The translations under genes and the position numbers were made by a program. Below, piece by piece: positions 21,063 through 30,206 of a stretch of DNA of 36,094 nucleotides. The stretch's first letter is position 1. Each line of letters opens with the position of its first letter. Location of the stretch: NCBI GenBank assembly GCA_038523235.1, contig JBCBJQ010000060.1, positions 1-36,094 on the forward strand, read 5' to 3'. This stretch comes from Cyanobacteria bacterium J06626_4 (GTDB taxonomy: Bacteria; Cyanobacteriota; Cyanobacteriia; Phormidesmidales; Phormidesmidaceae). Below the pieces are notes generated by a model. It was not told the origin of the DNA. It did no database searches and saw only the letters and a program-made list of their open reading frames with translations.

Positions 21063-21145
21063 GGGCCGCGCCCTGTTGTCGAGATCGCCACCAAACATGT
21101 TGTCCTCAGCGATCGAGCAGACGCAAGCGTTCATCTGCCGACCTA

Positions 21146-22585
21146 GTGACCATGACGAATCCTTTCCAGACGTTGTCCTATGAGTCAGCTTTTGCATCCC
21201 TCGGTGATGAATTCTTCGATGTGGTGAGGCCGGCGACGTTTCCCCAGCATCTGCTGCGCTTCCGCAACAACGCGTTGCTCCCCATATTGGGCTTGCCATC
21301 AGATCGGGTTAGCGATCGCCATTTTATTGAATGCTTCAGTCAGTTTCAGGGAGCGCCGTCGTGTCTGGCCCTGCGCTACCACGGCCATCAGTTTGGCCAG
21401 TACAATCCCTATCTGGGTGATGGTCGAGGATTTCTTTGGAGGCAAATCCGGGGCGCTGATGGACACCTTTACGATCTGGGCACCAAAGGGTCGGGTACGA
21501 CGCCGCACTCTCATGCGAGAGATGGTCGGTTGAGCCTTAAAGGTGGCATTCGTGAAGTCTTGGCGGCAGAAATCCTCCATTATTTGGAGGTGCCAACTGC
21601 GCGGTGTTTGAGTTTAATTGAAACCGGGGAACCCCTCCAAAGAGACGACGAACCGTCTCCTGCCCGTTCCGCCGTCATGGTTCGTCAAAGTCGCTCCCAT
21701 ATTCGCTTTGGCACCTTTGAACGGTTGGCCTATTACGATCGCCCCGATCTGATTAAGCAGCTACTTGATCACGTCATCACTTGCTACTACCCAGAAATCT
21801 GGCAAGACCCTAATCCATACCCTTTGTTCTATGCGGCATTAGTTAAGCGGGTTGCCCAATTAGTCGGTCAATGGATGGCCATTGGCTTTTGTCATGGCGT
21901 GCTCAACACGGACAACATGTCCATTGTGGGGGAAGGGTTTGACTACGGCCCCTACGCGTTTATTGAGACCTATAATCCTTACTTTACGGCGGCATCGTTT
22001 GATCGCTCGGGCCGCTATAGCTATCGCAATCAACCCAGTGCCTGTCGCTGGAATCTGGAAATGCTGCAGCGACCGTTGTCTGCAGTCATCCCGTTATCTG
22101 AGATGACGGCTAGCCTGAAGCTTTTTACGGAATTGTATACGCAGGCTTACAATCAAAAACTGTTGAATAAGCTGGGATTTCTGACCCTAGCCCCTGATTT
22201 GACTCAAGATTTAATTGGCATCACGCTAGAGCTGTTACTCATTACTAAAATTAACTATCATCAGTTCTTTAAGGTGCTCACACAGAAATTCTCTGGGCAG
22301 TGGTACTACGATTCAAATCATATTGAACAAGACCTCAATCACTTGGTATCTGGAGAGCAGCGATCGATTTTAAGAAATTGGTGTAATCTCTATCAGGGGA
22401 TTTTGTCACGACACTCTATTGACGAGATGGAGCGCGTCAAACAACATTTACAGAAGCATAATCCTACAGTTGCTATAACGAATACTGCTCTTGAGGAAAT
22501 CTGGAAGGCCATTGTTCAGGATAATAATTGGCAGCCTTTTGAGACTTTTTTGCAAAAACGGTACCAGCCTCATCGAAAGAAATAA
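21146..22585 (+). CDS. selO: Protein adenylyltransferase SelO (YdiU family)
   Basis: YHGHQFG..LGDGRG, KGSG.TP, DGRL..KGGIRE, SHIRFGTFE, HGVLNTDNMSI, DYGPY. Confidence 0.92.
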   Translation: MTMTNPFQTLSYESAFASLGDEFFDVVRPATFPQHLLRFRNNALLPILGLPSDRVSDRHFIECFSQFQGAPSCLALRYHGHQFGQYNPYLGDGRGFLWRQIRGADGHLYDLGTKGSGTTPHSHARDGRLSLKGGIREVLAAEILHYLEVPTARCLSLIETGEPLQRDDEPSPARSAVMVRQSRSHIRFGTFERLAYYDRPDLIKQLLDHVITCYYPEIWQDPNPYPLFYAALVKRVAQLVGQWMAIGFCHGVLNTDNMSIVGEGFDYGPYAFIETYNPYFTAASFDRSGRYSYRNQPSACRWNLEMLQRPLSAVIPLSEMTASLKLFTELYTQAYNQKLLNKLGFLTLAPDLTQDLIGITLELLLITKINYHQFFKVLTQKFSGQWYYDSNHIEQDLNHLVSGEQRSILRNWCNLYQGILSRHSIDEMERVKQHLQKHNPTVAITNTALEEIWKAIVQDNNWQPFETFLQKRYQPHRKK

Positions 22586-22690
22586 GTGACGTTTGGGTTA
22601 ACGACTGGAGCGCTGCCGGCGATCGCGATCATGAGACATCAAGTCGATACCCCAATGCCTTTTTAGTTGCCAAGAGTAGACAATTCATAT

Positions 22691-23680
22691 CTACTTTGAC
22701 AGGTTTGGTTCCACAACACTTGGAAAGTTTGCAAAGTTACGACGCACCCAATCCATGCCGATCTCATTATTGAGTTTGATCTTTTGAGATGTATCCGAAT
22801 AAATCTTGCCTAAGATATCTGCGTCTTGATCGACAACGACCTCTGCCAGCTTCAAAAAATTCTGTTTGAGCAGATGAGCAATCGGGCTGTGAGCTTGGCC
22901 AAACATCAGCACATAAGTGCGAGTGTGAGTCTCAGATTCTGGCATGAACAGATGACATTGTTTAATCGTGGCAATGGGAGACTCACCATGAAAAATCACT
23001 AATGCTGGAAAGAAGTTTTCAAGATGCGCACTAATTATTTTAGGGAGGGCCAAGACAGCTGGATTGTTGATGATATCTCGTAACTGCGGCTTGATTCGGG
23101 GCATATCGTAGTAGGCATGGGAATGATGCCCGTGGTCAGCAAACTGCTTAAACTGAACTTCCTGAATTTCAAACAGGGCGCGGTGCGTGCCATTTTGATG
23201 GTCATAATCATGCATATTTAGCAGCATGGTTAGTAAGTCAGTTTTAACGCTGCGATCGCCCGTAAACCCAATAAACTCATACTGTTCTGAAAACTCATTG
23301 AGAATTTGAGGAATGGGGATTTTGGGAGCATGCCCACCATAGGACCAGATAAAGTTCCCTTGCACAATAAGCTCTAAAGGTGGCAATTGAGGGAGTGATT
23401 TTTTGTCTGATCCCGGCAAAACAGTACAGCCCTCCGAGTCAAACTGAAGCGCATGAAAGGGGCACACAACATTACTTCCACCATTACTTTGTGCACACCA
23501 GCCTTCTGAGAGCATCGCTCCCATATGAGGGCAAGCATTCGGCAAGGCATGAACAGCCCCAGATTCATCCTGCCACATCACATAATCGGTGCCATAAAGT
23601 GAAACCTTGGCAGGTTGGTTCGTACGCAGCATTGATTTATGCGCCAACAGCCAAGGCGCACCCGTCAGCATAGACGACAT
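22691..23680 (-). CDS. Rieske non-heme iron oxygenase
   Basis: Rieske CPH...CPFH; mononuclear Fe motif N..D..H....H (NMHDYDHQNGTH); QD near the C-terminus. Confidence 0.88.
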   Translation of the reverse strand: MSSMLTGAPWLLAHKSMLRTNQPAKVSLYGTDYVMWQDESGAVHALPNACPHMGAMLSEGWCAQSNGGSNVVCPFHALQFDSEGCTVLPGSDKKSLPQLPPLELIVQGNFIWSYGGHAPKIPIPQILNEFSEQYEFIGFTGDRSVKTDLLTMLLNMHDYDHQNGTHRALFEIQEVQFKQFADHGHHSHAYYDMPRIKPQLRDIINNPAVLALPKIISAHLENFFPALVIFHGESPIATIKQCHLFMPESETHTRTYVLMFGQAHSPIAHLLKQNFLKLAEVVVDQDADILGKIYSDTSQKIKLNNEIGMDWVRRNFANFPSVVEPNLSK

Positions 23681-23701
23681 GGCAGTCTCCTGAAGCGTAA
23701 A

Positions 23702-23750
23702 ATCATGAGAGATTCGTCGTGTTCATAAAATATGACAGACCATTCATATT
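23702..23750. promoter_or_regulatory. Two TetR-type operator palindromes
   Basis: AATATGA-N8-TCATATT (23729-23750, perfect) and degenerate ATCATGA-N8-TCGTGTT (23702-23723) in or overlapping the 51-bp divergent gap. Confidence 0.6.
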
Positions 23751-24523
23751 CGTCAAGAGCGTCGGCATCCCAAAATTTCCGGAAGCAGCCGAAGCAACAG
23801 CGTGGCAAGGAGCGCGTCGAAAAAATTTTGGAGGCGGCCGCTGCTGTATTTGATGAAGTGGGCTACGAAGCGGCAACGACGCATCTCATTGCGGCCAAAG
23901 CAGAGACGGCCATTGGCTCTCTGTATCAATTTTTTGCGGATAAAGCCGCTATTTTTAAGGCGATGGAGCTCCTCCATACCGAGCGCGTCAAGACGTTTTG
24001 GGCTCAGATGGATATTCCAGCGATGGCGCAATTACCCCTGCGCGCCATGATTCATCATTTAATTGTGAATGCTGCCGCCCTCTTTGAGCAGCCAGTATCG
24101 CGAGTGGTATTTATACAGTTTTATCTGGCCCCTCAGATTTTTCAGACGATCGACGACAGCATGACTCAAGGGGCGATCGACTTTATGGCCTCAATTTTGC
24201 GGCAGCGCAATTCAGAACTAGCGACGGAGCAGAGTCGTTTACTCGCAGAGGTCTGTGTTCAGGGTAGCAATGCCATTATCTTGGCCGCGCTTCGCACGCC
24301 TGATTTGGCACATCGTCAATCTTTGATTCAACAAATTGAGGATCTGCTGGTGTCCTATCTAGAGCCACATGTGGGCGATCGCGACCATGACAATGTAATG
24401 GAAGTAATGGTTTGTCCTCATTGTCAATCTAATCAATTATTTAAGAATGGACGCCGACGCGGTAAGCAATGCTATTGCTGTAAAAGCTGTGGTAGACAGT
24501 TTGTCGAAAATCCTTCTCGCTAG
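23732..24523 (+). CDS. TetR/AcrR regulator with a C-terminal IS1 InsA-like zinc ribbon
   Basis: TetR HTH (ILEAAAAVF.EVGY..ATT..IA..A..AIGSLYQFF.DK); C-terminal CPHC..KNG....KQ.Y.CK.CGRQF. Confidence 0.88.
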   Translation: MTDHSYSSRASASQNFRKQPKQQRGKERVEKILEAAAAVFDEVGYEAATTHLIAAKAETAIGSLYQFFADKAAIFKAMELLHTERVKTFWAQMDIPAMAQLPLRAMIHHLIVNAAALFEQPVSRVVFIQFYLAPQIFQTIDDSMTQGAIDFMASILRQRNSELATEQSRLLAEVCVQGSNAIILAALRTPDLAHRQSLIQQIEDLLVSYLEPHVGDRDHDNVMEVMVCPHCQSNQLFKNGRRRGKQCYCCKSCGRQFVENPSR

Positions 24524-24734
24524 GCAGATCAACATTGCTTTTTCGTGAAGCGAATTCGATCCGTGATAGAACAATGCCCTGAGACATCGCCTGTCGAGAG
24601 TGAATCTGTTGGAACTCAAGGTTATCTGCAGTTTTAGGCTATAAGCCCTGGGTGGAAGAGAACATTGCAAAGTTGTCGATAAGCAGTTCGGCGTTAAGAT
24701 CTACAGTGAGAGTAGGCCGAAACAAAACAGCTGC

Positions 24735-25313
24735 ATGCATGCTCAACCAACGCTGATAACAAATCGATTGATTTTGCGTCCACTAACCCACGCGGATGCA
24801 CCATCAATTCAAGCATTAGCCAGTGCTCGTGCAGTTGCCGATACGATGGTATCTATTCCCCATCCATACCCTGAGGGTGAGGCAGAACGATATATCGTCA
24901 GACAAATGGCCGAGTTTGAGGCGGGGCATACTCTTGCATTTGCCATCGAGCACAGCGAGAAAGCAGAATTTGTCGGTGTTGTCGAAATTCGAGATATTGA
25001 GTGCGAACATGCTCAGGCGGAGTTGAGCTTTTGGTTAGCAGTTGAGGCTTGGGGACAAGGGTACATGAGCGAAGCATTGAACCCTATTCTCTTCTTCGGG
25101 TTTGAAAATGTCGATCTCAACCGGTTCTATGCCTACCACATGGTGAGAAATCCAGGTTCTGGCAAGGTGTTGCAGAAAAATGGGTTCGTACAAGAAGGGG
25201 TACTACGTCAGCGAGTACAAAAGTGGGGAGTATTTGAAGATGTAAGATTATGGGCAATGCTGCGAAACGATTGGCATAATAAAACGGTATCAAACCTGGC
25301 AATCAACAACTAG
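24735..25313 (+). CDS. GNAT acetyltransferase, RimJ/RimL-like
   Basis: T.RLILRP, AELSFWL...WGQGYMSEA, NPGS.KVL.K.GF..EG. Confidence 0.88.
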   Translation: MHAQPTLITNRLILRPLTHADAPSIQALASARAVADTMVSIPHPYPEGEAERYIVRQMAEFEAGHTLAFAIEHSEKAEFVGVVEIRDIECEHAQAELSFWLAVEAWGQGYMSEALNPILFFGFENVDLNRFYAYHMVRNPGSGKVLQKNGFVQEGVLRQRVQKWGVFEDVRLWAMLRNDWHNKTVSNLAINN

Positions 25314-25508
25314 AAGACGTTGGTGCAGATTCTGAAGTCATCTGCTGTTGTTGCATCGTCGTGTTAGACGATTAATAAAATTTCGATTCCCCGAGTCAAC
25401 CGAATCTAGCGAGCCGCTGATCCAAACGTTAGTCGATGCTCTTGAGCAATTCAAGTGAATGAGGGCATCTTACTTGTTATCAGAACGTCCATTGGAAGTT
25501 TGATAATT

Positions 25509-25865
25509 ATGGCAATCTGTTTAAGATGTAGAACCGGTTTTGACGCCGAGATTGATGCTAACTGCCCTGCTTGCGGCGCTTATTGGTCTCGAGGCCCGAG
25601 GTCAGGTGCACCAGTTGGTAGCGGACTTATTCTGTCTGTTACAGTTCCTTTTTTGTGCGGGCTCTTAGTATCGCTGTTGTCTAGAAGCCTTGAAGTATTG
25701 ACCTTGGGAATTACGGGCTCGATCTTATGCCTATATGTATGGAGTATTTTTTGGTCCTACGCTGATGGAAATGCTCGTGGAAAACCTGGATTTCTTGTTG
25801 CTATTATTGTTGCGCTCTTTTCTTGGCCACTAGGACTAATCCTCTGGATAGTCTTTCGACCGTAG
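25509..25865 (+). CDS. Small membrane protein with an N-terminal Cys4 knuckle and a PLDc_N-like C-terminus
   Basis: CLRC...CPAC followed by about 3 TM segments ending D...RG....PLG.ILW..FRP; ATG at 25509 (ORF track starts at GTG 25455). Confidence 0.55.
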   Translation: MAICLRCRTGFDAEIDANCPACGAYWSRGPRSGAPVGSGLILSVTVPFLCGLLVSLLSRSLEVLTLGITGSILCLYVWSIFWSYADGNARGKPGFLVAIIVALFSWPLGLILWIVFRP

Positions 25866-26127
25866 TTGAGGATTGATAATCCGATAGTTTCCTCCTAATA
25901 ATTAATAGATCTCATAAGAGCGATCACAGCGATTTTTTAGAGATTAAGCGAATCATTTAACCAGGATTTTGTCTGAGCAAGTCAGAACTGTTGGCTGGCA
26001 GATATGGCGATCGCTCAAGTCTAAATGGCTATCTAAAAGTCGCCGATACTTTCCTGTCAGGACCGCAAGAGATGTAAGTGTTCAGGCTAAAAAAACGAAA
26101 TCCTCCCTATTTCCATCATACTGACAG

Positions 26128-27150
26128 CTACTTTTCTGCTTGCCGAAATGCTTGCGCGTGGGCATTCATAATTTCAATGATCTGGGCATAGCCGGGACGT
26201 TTTTGTGCTTGAAAGTAATCCACGCTAACTTGCTGGTCTCCACAGCGAATCTGCACCAGGCTGGTACTCGGCGGTATTTGTAGCTGCGGCATCAACGCCC
26301 CCTGAGCATCAGCCAGCGCCGCTTTAAGGATTTCTAGGAGCTGCGGATCGACGTTAGTTTCCTGCTGCCATACCTGACCGCGCTGCTGGCGCTGGTAGGT
26401 CAATCTACCCGCTGGGGTCAAACTCAGGGTTTCACACCCAAAGGGATCATCAGGCGCATATTCGTTGCCGATCTGATAAACAAAAACCAGCTGATCAGCA
26501 GGATACATGAGCGATCGCAGTCGCTGGGCCTCCGCGACCGGCAATTTTCTCCAAAATGCCCGCGTTAGCACTGTGGGCATTTCCGGTGGCCACGGGGCTT
26601 TGACAGCAATATAAACCGCCCGTTGCGACTCCGGCAAAGCAGCAATGACCCCCAACATTTTGTGCTTAATGTGATGCACCTGTTGAATCAGCCACGCTGG
26701 ATCTAAGCGAGCCAAGTGTACCCACAAAAAGTGGGCGTAGGGCCGCTGCAGCACCAAGCTTTTCAGCCATGCGATCGTCTTTACATCGGCTGGTGTCGCT
26801 TTTGTCGCCAGGGCGATCGCGGCCGCTTGCTCCAGACTCGGGTAGCCAATCGGCCAAGCTGGGGGTTGCGTTGATATTTGTCCAAGGCAGGCCAAGGCGC
26901 GATCGCTCCGCAGCGGTGGCATCACATCCGTGAGCACAGCAATGGCACCGGTGCGGTGGCGAATGTCGGTGCTGCCTAAAAGCTGACACAGGGCCTCAGC
27001 ATAAACCTCATGCTCAGCCCATATGCTGCCGCGAATCGCTTGACTCAGACCATCATGCCGGTGCACGTGATCGCGCGCTAGCCAAACAAGATGCCCCTCT
27101 AAGTGGCCTTCAATTTGTCGGCGGAGTGCTGGTACATCATTCATGGTCAT
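26128..27150 (-). CDS. Hypothetical protein (helical N-terminal part, distinct C-terminal domain)
   Basis: 340-aa ORF with ATG start; no family recognised. Confidence 0.65.
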   Translation of the reverse strand: MTMNDVPALRRQIEGHLEGHLVWLARDHVHRHDGLSQAIRGSIWAEHEVYAEALCQLLGSTDIRHRTGAIAVLTDVMPPLRSDRALACLGQISTQPPAWPIGYPSLEQAAAIALATKATPADVKTIAWLKSLVLQRPYAHFLWVHLARLDPAWLIQQVHHIKHKMLGVIAALPESQRAVYIAVKAPWPPEMPTVLTRAFWRKLPVAEAQRLRSLMYPADQLVFVYQIGNEYAPDDPFGCETLSLTPAGRLTYQRQQRGQVWQQETNVDPQLLEILKAALADAQGALMPQLQIPPSTSLVQIRCGDQQVSVDYFQAQKRPGYAQIIEIMNAHAQAFRQAEK

Positions 27151-27210
27151 ATTAGAGGCAGGACTTTCACCACCAGGGACGGCCAGTTATCCGCTGACCA
27201 AAATATCCTG

Positions 27211-27245
27211 CTTTACCGTCAATCAGTTCGTCATTGACGGTAAAG
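27211..27245. repeat. Perfect 13-bp inverted repeat between divergent genes
   Basis: CTTTACCGTCAAT-cagttcgtc-ATTGACGGTAAAG. Confidence 0.75.
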
Positions 27246-27363
27246 AGATAGGTATATAGTGACCGCATGACTCACCGATTCATCTGCTCACATTTCTATC
27301 ACCGAGCCCCGTGCTTGAGTCTAAGCTTTAGGCTCTGACTTGCTTGGCGCTTGAGGTGAATAG

Positions 27364-27798
27364 ATGGCGACACCAACAATTGAAATCACAGACGAACCAC
27401 AGCCTGATGAAATTAAGTTTTTGACAGAGCAACTCATCATTTTCAATCGTCAGCGGGCGAGTGCCGGCAACTATCAGCCCTTGGCCATTTTTTTGAAAGA
27501 TGCTGATGCCTCTATCATCGGTGGCTTAGTGGGCGAAACCTATTGGCAATGGTTGTATGTCGATCTGCTGTGGGTGCATGAATCTTGCCGGGGCCAAGGT
27601 TATGGGCACACCCTGCTCACCAAAGCCGAACAGGAAGCGATGCAGCGGGGTTGCCGTTATGCCTATTTGGATACCTTTAGCTTTCAGGCGCCCAAATTTT
27701 ATCAAAAGCGAGGATATGTCATTTTTGGTGAACTGCCAAATTTTCCTCAAGGTTGCAGCCGTTTCTTTTTGAAAAAAGATTTATCAGAAACACCGTGA
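27364..27798 (+). CDS. GNAT acetyltransferase
   Basis: WLYVDLLWV...RGQGYG..LL..AE..A..RGC....LDTFSFQAP.FY.K.GY; GAGG RBS upstream. Confidence 0.9.
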   Translation: MATPTIEITDEPQPDEIKFLTEQLIIFNRQRASAGNYQPLAIFLKDADASIIGGLVGETYWQWLYVDLLWVHESCRGQGYGHTLLTKAEQEAMQRGCRYAYLDTFSFQAPKFYQKRGYVIFGELPNFPQGCSRFFLKKDLSETP

Positions 27799-28004
27799 TT
27801 TTTCGTTGACAAAATTGCGTCAAATGGCCAAGTGCAAACTGCGATCTATGCAGCTGGCTAATCAACCGTGAAAAATATGTGATTACACGGTACTGGTTGA
27901 GAGATTAGGCATCTTGTGATCGTAAGAATGCTGAGATTAGTTCGGGTTATGACTCAGAGCCGTTTGGGAAATATAAAAAGGTTACATTTCTAAATAATCG
28001 ATTA

Positions 28005-29945
28005 ATGAGTAGGAAGAGCCAAGGTAAGCGTGAAACGAGAAACCAGTGGCTCAGAGCAAAGCATCAAAAATCGAACCGTGCAGGGCTGACGGCAATTGGG
28101 CCATCTGCAGCGCTGGTTTGGTCAGATCACCCGTCTCAATTACCTCAATTTTTGACGGTGGCAATCGTTCTGATTTGCGTCTTGCCATTTTTACTGACTT
28201 GGTTCGGGTTCGACTTCCGTTCATCAGCGATCGCCTTAGACCCAGATGCGTTAGCACTGTTATCGCCTCAGGAAATCACGGATGCGCTGCACCACGCATT
28301 AGAAGGCAGCTATACCCACACCATTCTTGAATGGAGCGCGGTCTGTGCGGCGATCTTTACCGTTGTGTTGGCGTTTGCCCACTTTAATATCAAGCGTGAT
28401 GTCACGACTCCTGTGATTGGTGTTGCCTTGCTCTGTGCGGGCTTTATGGATGCTTTTCACACCCTTGCAGCCGATCGGCTCATTGAAGCCGTTGCCAGTA
28501 ACCAAAACTTGATCCCCTTCACGTGGGCCCTGTGTCGCTTATCAAATGCTGCTTTGACGATTATTGGTGTCAGCCTTTTCTTTGTCGGCAGTTCCCCCAA
28601 AAAATGGCGCGGTAATGCCACATTTTTAACGGTAGTCAGTGTTGGCTTTGGGCTGCTGTCCTACAGTGTTATCCGCTTTTGCGCCATTAGTGAGAGTCTG
28701 CCGCAGACGATGTTTCCTGATGCTTGGATAACGCGTCCTTGGGATGTCTTTCCACTAATTCTGTTTGTGGTTTCGGGTATCTGGATTTATCCTCGATTTT
28801 ATCGGCAAAATCCTAGCCTGTTCTCCCATGCCTTAGTCATCAGCACCATTCCTAACATTGCGACCCAAGTCCACATGGCGTTTGGCTCAACCGCACTGTT
28901 TGACAACGACTTCAACATTGCTCACTTTCTGAAGATTATCGCTTATCTAGTACCTTTAGTCGGTTTAATCCTTGATTACATTCGCACTCACCAAGCATTA
29001 GAGAAACGTAATCGAGAGTTTGTATTAGAAATCGGTGAACGCAAGAAAGTAGAACAAAATCTACAATCAGTGATTCATGAGCTGAAAAATACTCAAATGC
29101 AGCTGATTCAAACGGAGAAGATGTCAGGCTTAGGGCAATTAGTGGCAGGGGTCGCCCATGAAATCAATAATCCGGTCAATTTCATTTACGGCAACGTCAA
29201 ACCCGCCGCCAATTACATTGAAGACCTCTTGGGCCTATTAACTCTGTATCGTCAAGCGTATCCGCAGCCGCCATCATCTGTAGTGGACAAGATCGAAGAG
29301 ATTGATTTGGAGTTTGTCGAAGAAGATTTGCCAAAACTACTCAGCTCAGTACAGATGGGTGCCGATAGAATTCGGCAAATTGTGTTGTCATTGAGAACGT
29401 TTTCCAGACTGGATGAGGCCGAAGTAAAAAGCACTAATATTCATGAAGGTATTGATAGCACCCTAGTAATTTTAGCAAGCCGCTTTAAGCCGCAGCCAGA
29501 TCGACGTGAAATCAAGCTACTAAAAGACTATGACGATTTGCCTTTAGTTAAATGTTATGCAGGACAAATGAATCAGGTATTTATGAATGTCTTGGTGAAT
29601 TCTTTGGATGCTATAGAAGAGTATCTCTTGAGTTCTCAAGATGACGTCGAGAGCGATCGCGGGCAAATTTCGATTAAGACACAACTGCTGGCGAATGATG
29701 AGGTGCTGATTGAGATTTCCGATGACGGTAAGGGCATGTCTTCAACGACCATGAGTAAAATCTTTGACCCTTTTTACACGACTAAAGCTGTGGGTAAAGG
29801 AACTGGCATGGGCATGTCGATTAGTCATCAAATTATTACTGAACGACATGCTGGAAGACTCACCTGCGAGTCGACGTTGAATGTTGGGACAACCTTCAGA
29901 ATTCAGATCCCGACTGTGGTTGATCAGCCTCTAGAGGCTGGATAA
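28005..29945 (+). CDS. Membrane sensor histidine kinase with a MASE3-like domain
   Basis: TM motifs HTILEWS, G..D.FHTL, W...R, HFLK..AY; H-box EKMSGLGQLVAGVAHEINNP; N, G1, F and G2 boxes (NSLDA, DDGKG, FDPFYTTK, GTGMG); exact start uncertain. Confidence 0.88.
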   Translation: MSRKSQGKRETRNQWLRAKHQKSNRAGLTAIGPSAALVWSDHPSQLPQFLTVAIVLICVLPFLLTWFGFDFRSSAIALDPDALALLSPQEITDALHHALEGSYTHTILEWSAVCAAIFTVVLAFAHFNIKRDVTTPVIGVALLCAGFMDAFHTLAADRLIEAVASNQNLIPFTWALCRLSNAALTIIGVSLFFVGSSPKKWRGNATFLTVVSVGFGLLSYSVIRFCAISESLPQTMFPDAWITRPWDVFPLILFVVSGIWIYPRFYRQNPSLFSHALVISTIPNIATQVHMAFGSTALFDNDFNIAHFLKIIAYLVPLVGLILDYIRTHQALEKRNREFVLEIGERKKVEQNLQSVIHELKNTQMQLIQTEKMSGLGQLVAGVAHEINNPVNFIYGNVKPAANYIEDLLGLLTLYRQAYPQPPSSVVDKIEEIDLEFVEEDLPKLLSSVQMGADRIRQIVLSLRTFSRLDEAEVKSTNIHEGIDSTLVILASRFKPQPDRREIKLLKDYDDLPLVKCYAGQMNQVFMNVLVNSLDAIEEYLLSSQDDVESDRGQISIKTQLLANDEVLIEISDDGKGMSSTTMSKIFDPFYTTKAVGKGTGMGMSISHQIITERHAGRLTCESTLNVGTTFRIQIPTVVDQPLEAG

Positions 29946-29986
29946 AAAGTTGGTCGTCAGGGCTCAGAACCGCTGAGGATTTTTTC

Positions 29987-30178
29987 TCAAACGTTGGGCC
30001 ATTCGCACCCGGCCTGAAGCCAGTCGTCTACGCTCTGTAAGAAATGCTCTAGCGGAGAGACGATCACGCTCGATGAGTCACGGTGCTGGGTAGTGGAATC
30101 TTTCCAGGCGATTGCCAGTTTGACGATTTCAATTGCAGGCGCATAAGCAGCAAGTCCTTCTTGTATTGAGGAGCTCAT
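29987..30178 (-). pseudogene. Short ORF, possibly a 3' gene fragment
   Basis: 63 aa from an internal ATG, ending WLQAGCEWPNV; no family recognised. Confidence 0.25.
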
Positions 30179-30206
30179 TTGCGTTGGCACCCTGCGTAAT
30201 CGGCTC

